Assembly: GCA_965644265.1 (NCBI GenBank)
Contig: OZ286473.1
Coordinates: forward strand, 86,180,001 to 86,244,000
From: Glycera tridactyla
Lineage: Eukaryota
Direction of reading: 5' to 3'
Length of the DNA stretch: 64,000 bases
Numbering within the stretch: the first letter of the stretch is position 1; every line of letters starts with the position of its first letter. Positions 11,001 through 24,200 of this stretch are shown here, piece by piece. A program made the translations under genes and the position numbers. The notes below the pieces were generated by a model. The model ran no database searches and was not told the DNA's origin. It saw only the letters and a program-made list of their open reading frames with translations.

Positions 11001-14000
11001 CCATGAGCTGCGACTGTGGTAGTAATTTCAACAGTAAATGACCTCTCTATAAAGACCACCTCCACATAAAGGCCACTTTTGGATGTGACCGAAGGGGGTC
11101 TTGTGGTCATATCTGAGGGTGGCCTGTGTGGGCAGGTGGTCTTTGAATAGGGGTGGCCTCGGGCAGGTTCAACTATATGGAAGAAGGGGGGGGGGGGGCC
11201 CAGCCACTCAATATGTTGACATACCAGTGGGTGAGAACTTTATTGTGTTGCCATGGTAACTAAGATGAAGAGGGGAGATTTGTCTCAGCAGGTGGCCACC
11301 ATCATCTGGCCTAGAGCATGCTTGAATTCCAAACTAGCTTCCACTCCGCCCTTCCCCCCTACTTTTAAATGGAATAGCCCTTATATATTGGGCCTTGAAA
11401 ATGCCTTGAATCTTGTGATGTCCTGGCTGTATGATCCCTGTAGCATATTGATCAACTACAGTCGAACCTGTCTATAAAGACCGCCTTCGATCCCATAAAA
11501 AAGTGGTCTTCATAGGCAGGTGGTCTTTATAGAGAGGTCATTTACTGTTGAAAATACTATCACGGTCGCAGCTCAAGGCGGTCTTTATGGGCAGGTGGTC
11601 TTTATAGAGAGGTGGTCTTTAGAGCAGGTTCGACTGACAGTCGACAGTATTGTATTTGAATGATCAATTATTCGTGCAGCATCAAGTCACTATAAGACTA
11701 GATTTATATTTTCATGATTTAACATGTCCTTAGTAGGGTCTTGAAAATGATACCTTGGGCCTTGAAAAGTCCTTGAAAAATCCTTGAATTTGGTGGTGAT
11801 CTGGCTGTATGAACCATGTAATCACATTTAGCCATGACCTTGAGCTGAGACTGATACATTCACCACTTATTGCTCACTTGAAGCAGTGGCTGGTATTTCC
11901 CAACTAGGGGAATGCTTACTGGTACATTAAGCACAGACCTTGGCAGAATGTTCAAGAAAGTTATTTTGGCACCAATAAGATCATAATATTGCAGGTTTGG
12001 TAGGTGGATCAAGTCCTGCGGCCCGGAAAGCTGCAATGGAGAAGGGTAGTCCACAAACTCGTCGGGTGCCCGGGGACAGTCCGAGTGTAAATAAGCGACA
12101 GACCGCAAGAAGTGAGAGCCCAGCTCCAGGGAGCACAGCCGGCTCGCATCCGGGGACGCCAGCGGCAGCAAAACGAGGTCGAAGTGGCTCCGTTACTCCG
12201 GGTCAGACAGGTGAGGAACTTTTGCTGCTACCGCCATGTTATTTAGAGCCAGACAGGTGAGATGCTCTCAAAGCTATTCCGTTTAAAGAATGGGAGGGGA
12301 GGGGCAGAGTTGAAGAAATTTTGACTATCCCCAATATCAAATTATTCAGCACCCAAATAGAAATAATTATGGATTTTGCAGAAAAAGGCACAACAAATTA
12401 AAACTGAACCTTTGAAACACATCCACAAACTTTCACAGAATCTGCAGAATTTTTCATTCTTTCTTTGATGTGTTGTCATTGTCACAGATTTTCGAGACTT
12501 AATTGGGGTCCTTCTTAGAAAGTGAAACATAATTTCACACTTTTTAAACAGATAACACATTTTCGCTGAGAAAATAAACAGAACCTGCCAAATTCCGATT
12601 TGGCTTTCACTACCTCTCCTCCCTACTTTAAAATGGAATAGCCCTTAGTGTTTGCTTCATATGTAACATTACTATGTTTTCATGCACATTTGGCAATAAT
12701 TCACTGCTAACCAGGTTTTCTTGTTCAGTAATGCCACTCTCCTGGAAAGTTCATAACACACAAAAAGAATTGCAAAAGTTTGAATTGAGGAGCTTCTGGA
12801 ATTGGGCGGAAAGTTATGAATCTGGTGCTTATGTAACTGTTTGGGAATATTCTCACAAAATCCAATCTTGTCTCAGATGATAAATTACTTTTCTGCTCAG
12901 TGGCATTACTGCTTGAAGAAATTCATATCCATTATGCCGCTTGCTACTCGCAGGTAGGTGTCTGAGAAGCATCGTGAGTGGTTGTTATCGTCTTGGAACG
13001 TGTGGAATCATCACAGATATCGCGGAGTATCCCAACTCCATGCTCTGTTGAGAGGTACAAAGAATTGCAAAAAGGATGCATAAAATAATGTGTTGACATG
13101 CAATTCAGAAAACTTTGATAAGATCAAATGGTCTGAGTGATAGTTATGTGTCATGTGACATTCATTGAATCTGATTTTTGAGAATCTGTATCCAGGTTTT
13201 GCACAGACTTTGGAAATCACCTTCGTTCTTTGAAAAGGCCATGGAAGTTGTCTGGCCATGAAAATGCCTTGAAACGACCTCTGAAAACATGTCGAAGATG
13301 AAAATTATGGGAACTCTTTTTCCTCCCTATCAATGGGAGATGCTTGTTATTTTGAGATGAGGTTCATGATATTTTTTAACTATGTGCTACAGGGGTGGGA
13401 TCACCTGTTGAAAAAGGCAGCAGTCTGTTGTCAAATCCTATTTGGGATACATTGATTTGCAGCTGTAGGTGAGAAAATCATCAGAAGATATAGTCAGATA
13501 TCTTTTTGATTAGAGCAACAAAATATGGATGTTTCAAAAGCTATGGATTAATCTATCAAATTTTTGTTATTATCGTTATTATCATAACTACCATTAGTAT
13601 TGTTATCAGTATCATTATCCTGTGATTGAATCTGGGCTTCAATTATTGTGGTAAAGGGCCACCTCCTTGGAAGAACCGCTATACAGTCAAGTCTGTCCAC
13701 AAAGACTACTTTCAGTTGCATGAAATTGTGGTCTTTTTGGACAGGTGGTGTCTGTAAAGAGGGCATTTGTTGTAGAAAAATGGTGTTCGATTTACATTCT
13801 TCCTATTGTTGACTTTGAATATTATGAGTCTGTGTTGTGAATCACGACAAATTGAATTAATGATGAAGATGTTTTTACAATCTGATCACAGAATCGAGCC
13901 CAACAGCAGCAGCACGGAGAAAAGCATCACCAAGTAATGATAAAACTGATAAGAGTAGGGAGAAAGATGACAGTAATAAAAGTGACGCCAAGGTAGAGGG

Positions 14001-17000
14001 AAAAACATCCATTAAAAGAAAGGGGAGAAAAAGCATGACAGACACGAATGTGAAGAAAGTTGGTGAAAGCGAGAGTGGCACTGATAAATCACAGAGCAAC
14101 AAAAGTGAGACGTCATCAGAAAAGGACAGCAGCACGGACTCCGTGACCGGGATGAAAGGTCAAGGTCATAGTCATGATAGTGAGGCTATAGCCAGGGCCA
14201 GAAAGGGCAGATTGAGCGTTGACATTGAGAAATTGGTGGAGGGTATTGTGGTTGGAATGGAGAAAGAGAAGGAGCAAGACGAGGAAGACGAAGATGATGA
14301 GTCGGAAGTGGATGTAGAAGAAAGCCCCACGCTTGATGACAAGGTCGAAGAGGAGAAACCAAAACCAGTGAAAGGTCTGTACAGTGAACAATCATGTGGA
14401 GGAGGGCACGGACTGAAGGTCGGGTCATCCAGGTATTCAAATTCCCCTATGAACTTTCATCCCCAAAAATACTGAGATCACTTTGTTAGGTGCAGTTCAG
14501 GATTGTGATTCTTCCACTGCGTTCAGGGATGTTCCGCATTTCCGGTTGATTTATCACAACTGCAGTAATCCATGTGTTCGACAGGAAATTGCATTTTATG
14601 CTGATTATTTTGGATTTTAGATCATGAAAATTGGACCAGAATTAGTGGAGATAGAGCACAAACCTTATATGCAAATATAGTAGCAATCAGTTAGCAGTTG
14701 TTTGGGTTTTTGGTCCATTAAATCTTGGTGAAAATCGCCGTCATCCAAGTTTTCGGGGGGTTTTTGCTTGTTAGCCAATCATGACCCTGAGTGATACCAG
14801 CCATTACAGTCTTGTTTTTAGATGTGTGATGTCAAAATGAAATTGAACTTCTCTCATTATTCCATCTCAAATACTGGCAGTGCTCCACTCTTAGACTGGC
14901 ACGAATCTTTTGATTCTATCCAGGGTTCTCCTTGAATTGGATGGAGTCCTTGAAAACTCCTCAAATTTGCTAGATTGCTACACAGTCCTTGAAATGTCCT
15001 TGCTTTTGGTGAAACACTTCTTGGAAAAGTTTGCATAATGACTACCTCACCAGTCAGATGATGCATGGATGGGGTTGTCAAGTGGGGTGGTGGCCACCAC
15101 CCCTCACCAACAACGTACCCTCCTGCAAGTTACCCTGTGGCCTGCGGTCACTTGGATGTGCTCTTTCAAGGCAGCCTTTTCATGTGGCATAGTAAAATAT
15201 ACCTCCGATGAGAGACTACCTCTTTTGAGAGACTGCTTTCTGATGAAGTAAAGGGTGGTATCTTGTCAACATCATATCGAAACTTTTCCCAGACCTCAAA
15301 TCACCTGGGCATTTTCGCCCACCGGCTCTCAGCAAAATGTCAGTCTCTGAGTGGGTGTCCAAGCTGTCAATATATCAAGTTTGTCCTCATGTTACGACGT
15401 ATCCCCATTGGTCATGCTGTTCTGCGTGTGGTGGATTGGTAAGTGCCTATTCTATTTTCAATGAAATGTCCATCAACGATTCGGGGACACGGAGTTGTAT
15501 CAGGCAAGTGACAATGTCATCTCTGATGTTTGGTAGCATGTGGATGGTTTCCTCAGCTTTTATGGCCTTTCTCCTTGCAAGAACGGCCCAGTTTGGCCAG
15601 TAATCAAAACTCATTTCCTGGGTGCTTTTTTCCTGACTAAAACCTTATTTTCTATCACTCAAGCCCTGATAGTATGATTGTTGATTTTTGTATGCAACTG
15701 GTAACACTGGAATGGCATTATGTTCTCGAATCGACATTGTGTGGGTGGCTGGTGGGTAAATGATGGTTTCCGGACAATAACCCAAAAAGTTTCACGGCTA
15801 GCCATCCCATACTTGGTCTACGGTCACTCCTATGATATGGCAAGACACCTATTGATTTTAGGGTGGCCATTATGGAAAGAAAATTTTCAATGAATGTCAT
15901 GGAAATGTCAAGTTGGAGAAATTCCTCGAGTTAGGCAAGAAGATTGACAATAATATGTCATTGCTGAAACGTTGCAATTGCTAACTTCAAATTTGATGTA
16001 GCATGAAGTTTGCCAACAGACAGGTCTCAGTCTGCTAAGGATTTTGGTGTGAAGTTTGCGAAAATTGGATCAATATTAATTGAGATATGGCACAAAATAG
16101 GAAGGCCTTCTGACAGCTAGACAAGGATGACAAGTTGACCTCACCTCCATGTAGCTCTGATAGATGGCAGCACTAGCGTTTGTGTATGATCATCACTAGA
16201 TGGCAGTGGACATATCTAGCATACTGATTGATGATTTGATGCATACTTCCCTGCTGCCACAGGGCAGATAATTTTCTCCTGGCAAGCAGATAAGTTTCAA
16301 TTTAATTTGCCTAAGGGAAGAGGGGTCTGGAACAGGTGGAAAGGAGTCTTCTAAACCTCCTCGGTGAGCTCTCAGGGTTCTTACAGGACTTGGAAACTCC
16401 TTGAATTTGGTTGGACTCCTTGAAAACTCCTTGAATTTGGATGGAATCCTTGAAAGCTCCTTGAATTTGGATGGACTCCTTGAAAGCTACTCGAATTTGC
16501 AAGATTGCAGCGAAGTCCTTGAATTGTCCTTGATTATGGCTAAATATTCCTTGAATTAAATTATTTGCACAATGACTACATTTCAAGAAACTATGTTGAG
16601 GGTGTCGAAGAAAAATGCTTATCCTATGCATATAAAGAGTCTGAGTGTTGAAAGATATTCGTCTTTGATTCTGTGAAGAAATTGCAACTTATAGCCTTCA
16701 ATATTTGTTTTTGTAAATGTTCTGGACTCCTTGAATAGTCCTTTAAAGTCCTTGAATCTGATAATGGCAAAGGAGTACAAACCCTGGCTCTGACTCAGTT
16801 GTTTCTGCTTTCAGCTTCCACGCCATCAGGCCGACCTCCTCGGGAGTTCATCATTCGCACTCGTAAAATGAAGGGTGGCTCAAAAACCCCTTCGGACTCT
16901 CCCGCTTCTTCTGAGCCTAAAACCCCCCTCAGCAGCGGGACTCCGTGGCCAGGTCAGTTGGATTCTTCTCCTTGTCTGATGACTTGCAGGGTTCATACAA

Positions 17001-18187
17001 GGTATGGAAACCTGGAAAAGTATGGAATTTGGAAAAAAATCCTTTCCAGGCCTGGAAAAAGTTTGGAATTTGGAGATTTTGGTGAATTATCATGGTAAAA
17101 GTATGAATTTTTGTACCGACGGCGATGGTGGTTTAGACATTTCGGTGAATGTCACTCGACCGGCCAGCTTATAGAACAAACACATGCAAGTGGTCACCAT
17201 TGTGTTCATGATCATGTTAAATACAATTTGCCCCCGGTACAGTCTTTGGGAGTGGAATCACACTTTCATTTGTACCAACATGGTCGTCAATTGCTTCTCT
17301 TGTACAACCGTTTTTTTTTACCAATCATCACAATCATGTTTCCATTCATGGCGGGTATGGATAATCGATGGCGTGGTATGGAAAGAGTATGTAATCAGAA
17401 ACTATGGAATTCTACTCTCAGAAGTATGTATGAACCCTGGACATGAAATTTGGTATTTATTAGTGCTTCAACGATTACCTGATTAAATTGATTATTGCAT
17501 CATTGAGCGGTTTGATCCTATTTATTGATCATGCAAGTCAACAATCGATTAGATATTCGAGGATTCTTAGTACATGTATGGAATGATTGTAGAAAATATC
17601 TTCATCATCAGCATACATTTGTTATCCGTCAAACCACCCAATTTGAAGCTGAATATATATTTCAGCAAGCACTCAAAGTTCGGAAAAATTGAATTTTTGA
17701 CTGAACTGGCCAGTACAGGGATATTTTTCCATGTGTTTATCATCCCTAAATACAGGTACAAAGTTATGACTCCACAGCAAACTTTTGGCATTGTGAGGTC
17801 AGCCAAGTGAGTCGATCATCACTCCCTGCCGAGTCTGATTAATCAATCATAACTTTAGCAGCAGAATCCAAGATCCTGTATTTCTCTCTCAAATGAAATG
17901 ATTGCAAGCAAAAATTGCTGAATTCTGATCAGTTAAATATTCAAATTAATTTGCACAAAAACAGGAGGCAAGAAATTCTGACCCTTGCCTCTCAATCTTG
18001 AACTATTTGGTACCTTACATATAATTTTGTGAACCCCCTACCTACGAATTCTGAATATCCCCTGAATTCCAAATAGTAATTCACGGCTTGACAATAAGGG
18101 CGGTCCCGTTGTCTGGGATGAGTAGATATCCATGGCAGCCCCAACCCATTGCTGAACTCTGAATTGGCTTCAAGTTTGCCCTCTCTC

Positions 18188-18255
<68 letters not shown>

Positions 18256-21200
18256 TCTCTCTCTCTACACTGAAATATTTAGGGAATTATAGGCCTAAAG
18301 TCACTTTTCTCATCACAGTGCTCCTGATTTCAAAATCAGATCACAGGTTGGCATTGAATGAAAAAAATTTAATCAAATAGTTGAAAGACAAAACATCTGC
18401 CCTGATTGTTCTAAATTTCATGATATTTCACGTGAGATCTGATAGCGATGATGCTTTTTGTTCACAGTATCGCCCTCACCTGCTGGTTCTAAACCGGGCT
18501 GGTCACGAAAGCGATCACAGTCGCAGGATTCTTCAGATAGGTCACCTGCGGTTATCCACGCCGTGCAGGGGTCAGTTCCGGGAGAGAAGAAGCGCACCCA
18601 ATATCAGTCATCTGATGGAGAGGTGGGTGGTCTTCAAGGTCTCTTCAAGGTCAAAGCTGATATGGTTCCCTTTTGCACCTGCAGCTAATAGGGTGGGACA
18701 ATTCACCAAAATTTTTATAATATCGATCATTTCCAAATGATATGATTGTTTTGAAATTAGGTGAAGTGTTTCAAAATACAAAGAGACATGGCTGATGAGT
18801 ATGCACAACCGCTGATGGATACAGAAAATACATCCTGTTTTGGGGTAAAAAACATGGTGGATAGCTCAAATGACAGAGATTTGATGAACTCTTTACCAGG
18901 CGCATCTATATTCGATAGTAGTTGGCCATTATGTATGACCATCAAAATACTGATGGCTTGCTGATGTCACTCACACATGGGGAAGACCACGCTGGATTCC
19001 TGAAGCTGGGTTGCATGGCGCTTCCTTTCATCATTCATTTTGCAAGGTGTGTTTCTAGAAATGCAGGGCTCTACATTGGCCAAAATATTTAGGAGCCAGC
19101 TGGCTCCCAAGTTGAATTATTTGGTAGCCAGTGCAAAAATTTGTTAGCCAATCAATACATTTCCAATTACAACCTTGCACAATTTTAGGGGCGGCTGGCT
19201 CCTAACTTTCAAAATATGGTAGCCGGAGGGTAAATTTGGTAGCAATTGGCTACCCACAGGTAGCAACGTAGAGCCCTGAAATGTACCATTTCATGACTAA
19301 TGTGTTTCACCTCAGCCCCCTGGCAGAGAGTATTTTAGTTTTAGATCATCAAAATTCGACCATAATTAGTAGAGAAGGATCTGAGAATATGCAGTTGATT
19401 CAACATATTTGTATTGTGTCAAATGTGCTGATTTTATGCGCTTTTTATAGTGAGGACGTTGGCAATAGCTCTAGTGTTGTGCACAAAAATCAGCTATGCA
19501 ATGATTTCAGAATGAATCCTTGTCAAAAGCGTGCAGGGTTTCTGAAATCAGGTTAGGTGATCATTGGTTTCACAGTGTATAAAAATTGGCATATCAATCA
19601 CCTCAAGATGAGATAGTAGAACTAATGATAAATCGATTGAGAATTTAAGGAATGTTATTGCTGTGTTGTAGGTGGCAGAGAAGGATCATTACTGCTGGAC
19701 GTGCCATCGTGAGATTGCGCAGGAAGAGCGGGAAGATTTCGCTTGTTGTGAGCTGTGCCCTCGCTCCTTCCACGTCAAGTGCCTCGGTGTCGGACTCAAA
19801 TCCTTGCATGACTGGGTCTGCCCTGAGTGTGAGGTAGGTACTTTTCATCATGAAGTCACTAATTTTGATCAGGAGTGTGATCATTCCACGCATCCATAGA
19901 TTCCCGTGTTTCTGATCTCACATGCAGCAATTCATGTGAGAACATTTTATGCTGATTCTTTTGGCGTTAAGATCACAGAAATTGGATTGGAATCAGTAGA
20001 GATAGCGATGAAATGTCTGCGGAGTTATAATGGCCATAAGTTAGCAGTTGGTGCATGTGAGGTAGGAACCATCCATCGTATGTTGTCGAATAGGTGCAGG
20101 CCCACCCATCTCAGGACAGATTCTTTATGTGAACCACCATGATATTATTTTTGTAAGGTCTTTCTCCATTCACACATCTGCCGATTTTCTGAAGATTTAC
20201 GGAAATCTGAAAATTGGGTGAAAAATATCAATTTCAGAATTTGCTAAAATCTGGTGGGGAGTTAAAAAACAAATACTTTGGATTATATGTGGGGGTAGTT
20301 TCAGAAAATGCCCCCATATTCCCGAAAATTTTGCTTCATCTCAGTGACATCACTGCATCTGAAAACTTGATCATTCTGAAGCCAGTATACATTTCTTCAG
20401 CTGTGATCTACAGATGATGGTTTATATTTTCAGAAAATTATGCGAGCTGAATGTACAGATACACGGTCAGAAGTGATGCTGAAACTCTCGTTAAATGACT
20501 TGTGTCAAGCGTTACGATACGCCCTGGTGAAGATGCAGCACCCAACAGTAAGTTGATCACCGCTTGCAGAATTTACAGGATTTGCACAGGCCTAAAAATG
20601 ACCCTGAGCCTTGAAAATAGTGAATTTGGTGATAACTTGATTGTATAAACCATGATTTTGGATGGTGTTGATGTGGAATTTTATCCCAGGGATAGGAGTT
20701 GTGCTTTCTAAAATTATAATCATCCACAACTGATGACTACGCTCTCCTGTTCTCCCGTAGACAAATTGTCTGATTCAACACAAAGTGATCAGCGTGTCTT
20801 GAAAATATATTCAGTGACAAAAATGAAACGATTTCTGTGAAATACATGTATGTGTGAAAATTGATTGGTTGTTAAAATATTGTTGGTATACAGATTTTCC
20901 CCATGTCCATTGCATGGGGAACTATAGCCCTGATGGTGCTGGCAATCAACCAGCAACAAATAAGTCATCTTGAGTTACAGGTGAACCTGCTTGAGAGACC
21001 ACCTCTGTATGAGGACCTACAATGACCACCTTGAGCATTTACAATGATGTTATTCTATCCAATGAACGCTTGTTCACAAATACTTTTTTATGCAACCAAG
21101 AGCGGTCTTAGTAGACACGTAGTTGCAAGTTGTGTTCGATGTGAGATTCCTGTGTACCAGCTACAGGAATTATTGTCATCTGTTGCAGAGTGAAGCATTC

Positions 21201-24200
21201 TTGTATCCGGTGAACACAGATACACACTCCAATTATCGAGACTACATCATCCATCCCATGGATCTAGAACAACTAGAGAAGGTGAGTTGTGTATTCACTT
21301 CATTTACACTCAATTCATTGCCATTACCATCTGGCATGGGTTGAAGAGACATTAAGCCCTACTCAATCAATCAATCACCATCTAGAATCAGCTACGGTCG
21401 TGGCATTGCCTAATGAACTACAGCTTCATGTGAAAAGATTCCTCAAGTCCGGCAAGACATATTGATTTTCGGGCAGACATCTTGGATTTCAAGGTCATTG
21501 AGAGCCAAAAAGTCATTGTCATGCCGTTTATTGGCCTCATATACCTCACTTTTCTCATTCAATTTTCCTGTGACAGGCATGCACTCTGCCAGGCATTTGC
21601 ATCTAGTTCATGCAGTGAAACCAGCAGTGGGAGATCCCAATGAGAGACCGCCTCCGAATGCTTCACGGTTATGATTCCATCACTGACAGGCCGTGAATAT
21701 CATACCTGGGGCCTTGAAATGTTCTTCAACTGGGTAGTGGATTGCCAATGCCACTCGCTCAACTTTGTTTTGACATTTTTTTCAGAACCGGAAACAGAAG
21801 ATATATGGGAGTACGGAGGCGTTCCTGTCTGATGCCAAATGGATTCTACACAACTGTACTGTATTTAATGGATGTGAGTACAGTAAAACCTGCTATAGTG
21901 AAATCCTGTCCACAGTGAAATCCTGTCTACAGTGAAAAGAAAAATCTGGCCCGAACGTTCTTGTTTTACTATAATTGACCTGTACATAGTGAAATCCTGT
22001 CTACAGTGAAAAGAAAAATCTGGCCCGTGACTTTTCACTCTAGACAGGTTTTACTGTATCCCTCAAAGCTCATCCAGCTGTTCAGTTCATAGATGCATGG
22101 TAGATGGGTGGGAAGTGTGCCAGCCCCTATCCCAGTTCAGTGAGGGCTCTAATCTTGGAGATGTTGCAAAAATGCTGTATTTCAGATAAGGCAATATCTT
22201 TTTCATGACACTAAGCATTTCTAGGTCATCTTCTAAGGGCAACACTTCATATTTCTTCGGTCACCCTTGAAACATATTATGTGATTTCATTTTACCTTCT
22301 CAAATGATCCCTTCCTATACCTATAGGCATCACACTATGCAACTCAACTAGTCATTCAATCAATTATTTTGCAGGTTGCTGTTTATTTCTCAACCTTCGA
22401 TTTATTTTGGGATCTCAAGATTTGATTTTCTTCTTTTCAGCCCAGCATCAGTTGACTGCAGCTGCTAAACTGATAGTCAAGATCTGTACACACGAGGTAA
22501 GTGTTTTATCATTATCATATCACGTATAACCCATACACTGAACATGACTGTGCTGTCATTTGGCAGTATTTCGGAGATGATTCGTTAAATAAAGTCGTTC
22601 TTACATGGTAAATTCCGCTTTCTTGCTGATTTCCGCGATCTTTTTGGGTAAAAATGTTGTTTTTTTTCAGAAATGGACTTTTCTAAAGATGTTGGCTGTA
22701 CGTAGCCACTTCAAACTTGGTACAGATGCAATTTTTATCATTCCCTAATGAATGCCTGCCAGGGATCAGGGTTCCTGACAATGCTGATCCACTTTTGGGA
22801 CAAAAGTGGATTTTCAGAAATCAATTTTTCCTAAAGCAGGGTTCATACGGGTCAGGGAAAAGTCAGGGAAAAAAATATTTTCTCAAGGTCAGGGAATAGT
22901 CAGGGAATTTCGACTCAAGTCGGGGAATTTTGATATACTGAGCACATTTTGAAAAAGGTCAGGGAATTTCATAATGAGTCAGGGAAAAAATGGATTCATG
23001 TAACACATATTTTGCGATCGACTATTCCTAATGATACAGGACATGGGAAAAATTGTCTTTCAAGCGTCAAAAGGCTACACTAGTCACTTCTCTTTCATTA
23101 GCTTGCCACATCTACATCCATGTTGCTCACATTATGGTTAAGAGATTTCATCAACACGCACCAGCATGTTTGCAATGAATTCCCAAAGTATTGGGGCTCC
23201 ATCTGAAGGATTATGCTTGTAATTTGTGTTTTAGTTGGAGCTGTACATTTGACAAGTTTGCAGTATCAGTTCCTTTTCTTTGTGCTTTCATTGAATCAGG
23301 TATGCAATCATTGTGACACTGATTCCCATACACAGCAATGTTTGAATTGTCTCATTTGATGGATGAACAGGATTCGCAAAATATGCCACAAAATTGTGTT
23401 ATACATCAATGGGTGCATATTGCAATTCCCCTGATGAGACATTTCTTCTTTTTTTTGAATTTCAGCCTCGTTTTTGATTTTTGAAAAAAAAAAACATTTT
23501 TTACATATGGTCCCCTGTGTTCCCCACAGAAGTAACTACAGGTGCTGGAATGAGCAAATTTGCATGAAAATATGGGGAATAAAAAAAACAAGCTTCACAT
23601 AGGGACCATATTGCTGAGAATTTTTTTTACATAAATCGCTGTTGCAAAACGTCTAACTTGTCATCGATAATACAGCACATCTTTGAAGTTGGCGTTCCGA
23701 AAGCTTGATCTTTTGATGTAGGGTTCCATACCATATTATGGTCCAATGTTCTCGAAATTTTTAGCGTGTTGAACGAAAAGCGATAGAACGAACGTATTCT
23801 TAGAAGATCACTCTATCTATATTATGTAAAAGTTGTCATCAAAGATGATTCACTTTCTCACAAATACGATCGAAACTATTTTTTCATAACGCGAATTTGT
23901 TGGCAGTCCGATGATGGCGGCCAAATGCCAGAATGAGGCTAGGATTCGAGCGACCGCTTCCATTTAGCTACAAGAAACTGGCCGCTGCGATCTCGAATCT
24001 AATATTTGCCGAGCTGAGGGTAGCGGAACATGTATGGAAACTGCCGAATCAAACAACGGAAGCCGTGCTGATAAAATACATATCCCGTCTCCATTCAACG
24101 TTTATTCAGCGAAATATCACCAGTCCATGCTTAATATAATGCGAGAATACAACATTTGTTAGAACGCTACTCCGTTTCTAGGAGAGAGGCCGCTGCAATC

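Larger units (their letters stand above)
8991..11380. mobile_element. PIF/Harbinger-like non-autonomous element with nested insertions
   Basis: TIR GGGCTATTCCATTTAAAAGTAGGGG at both ends and a TTA TSD. The interior is colinear with the copy at 52394-53315. Confidence 0.8.

Noticed and set aside
12211-12256. Second CAGACAG|gtgag donor 46 nt downstream of the exon end
   Set aside because: Its use would shift the frame and there is no independent support.
16815-16860. GRPPR as a possible AT-hook
   Set aside because: It lacks the R-G-R-P core with flanking basic residues; too weak to call.
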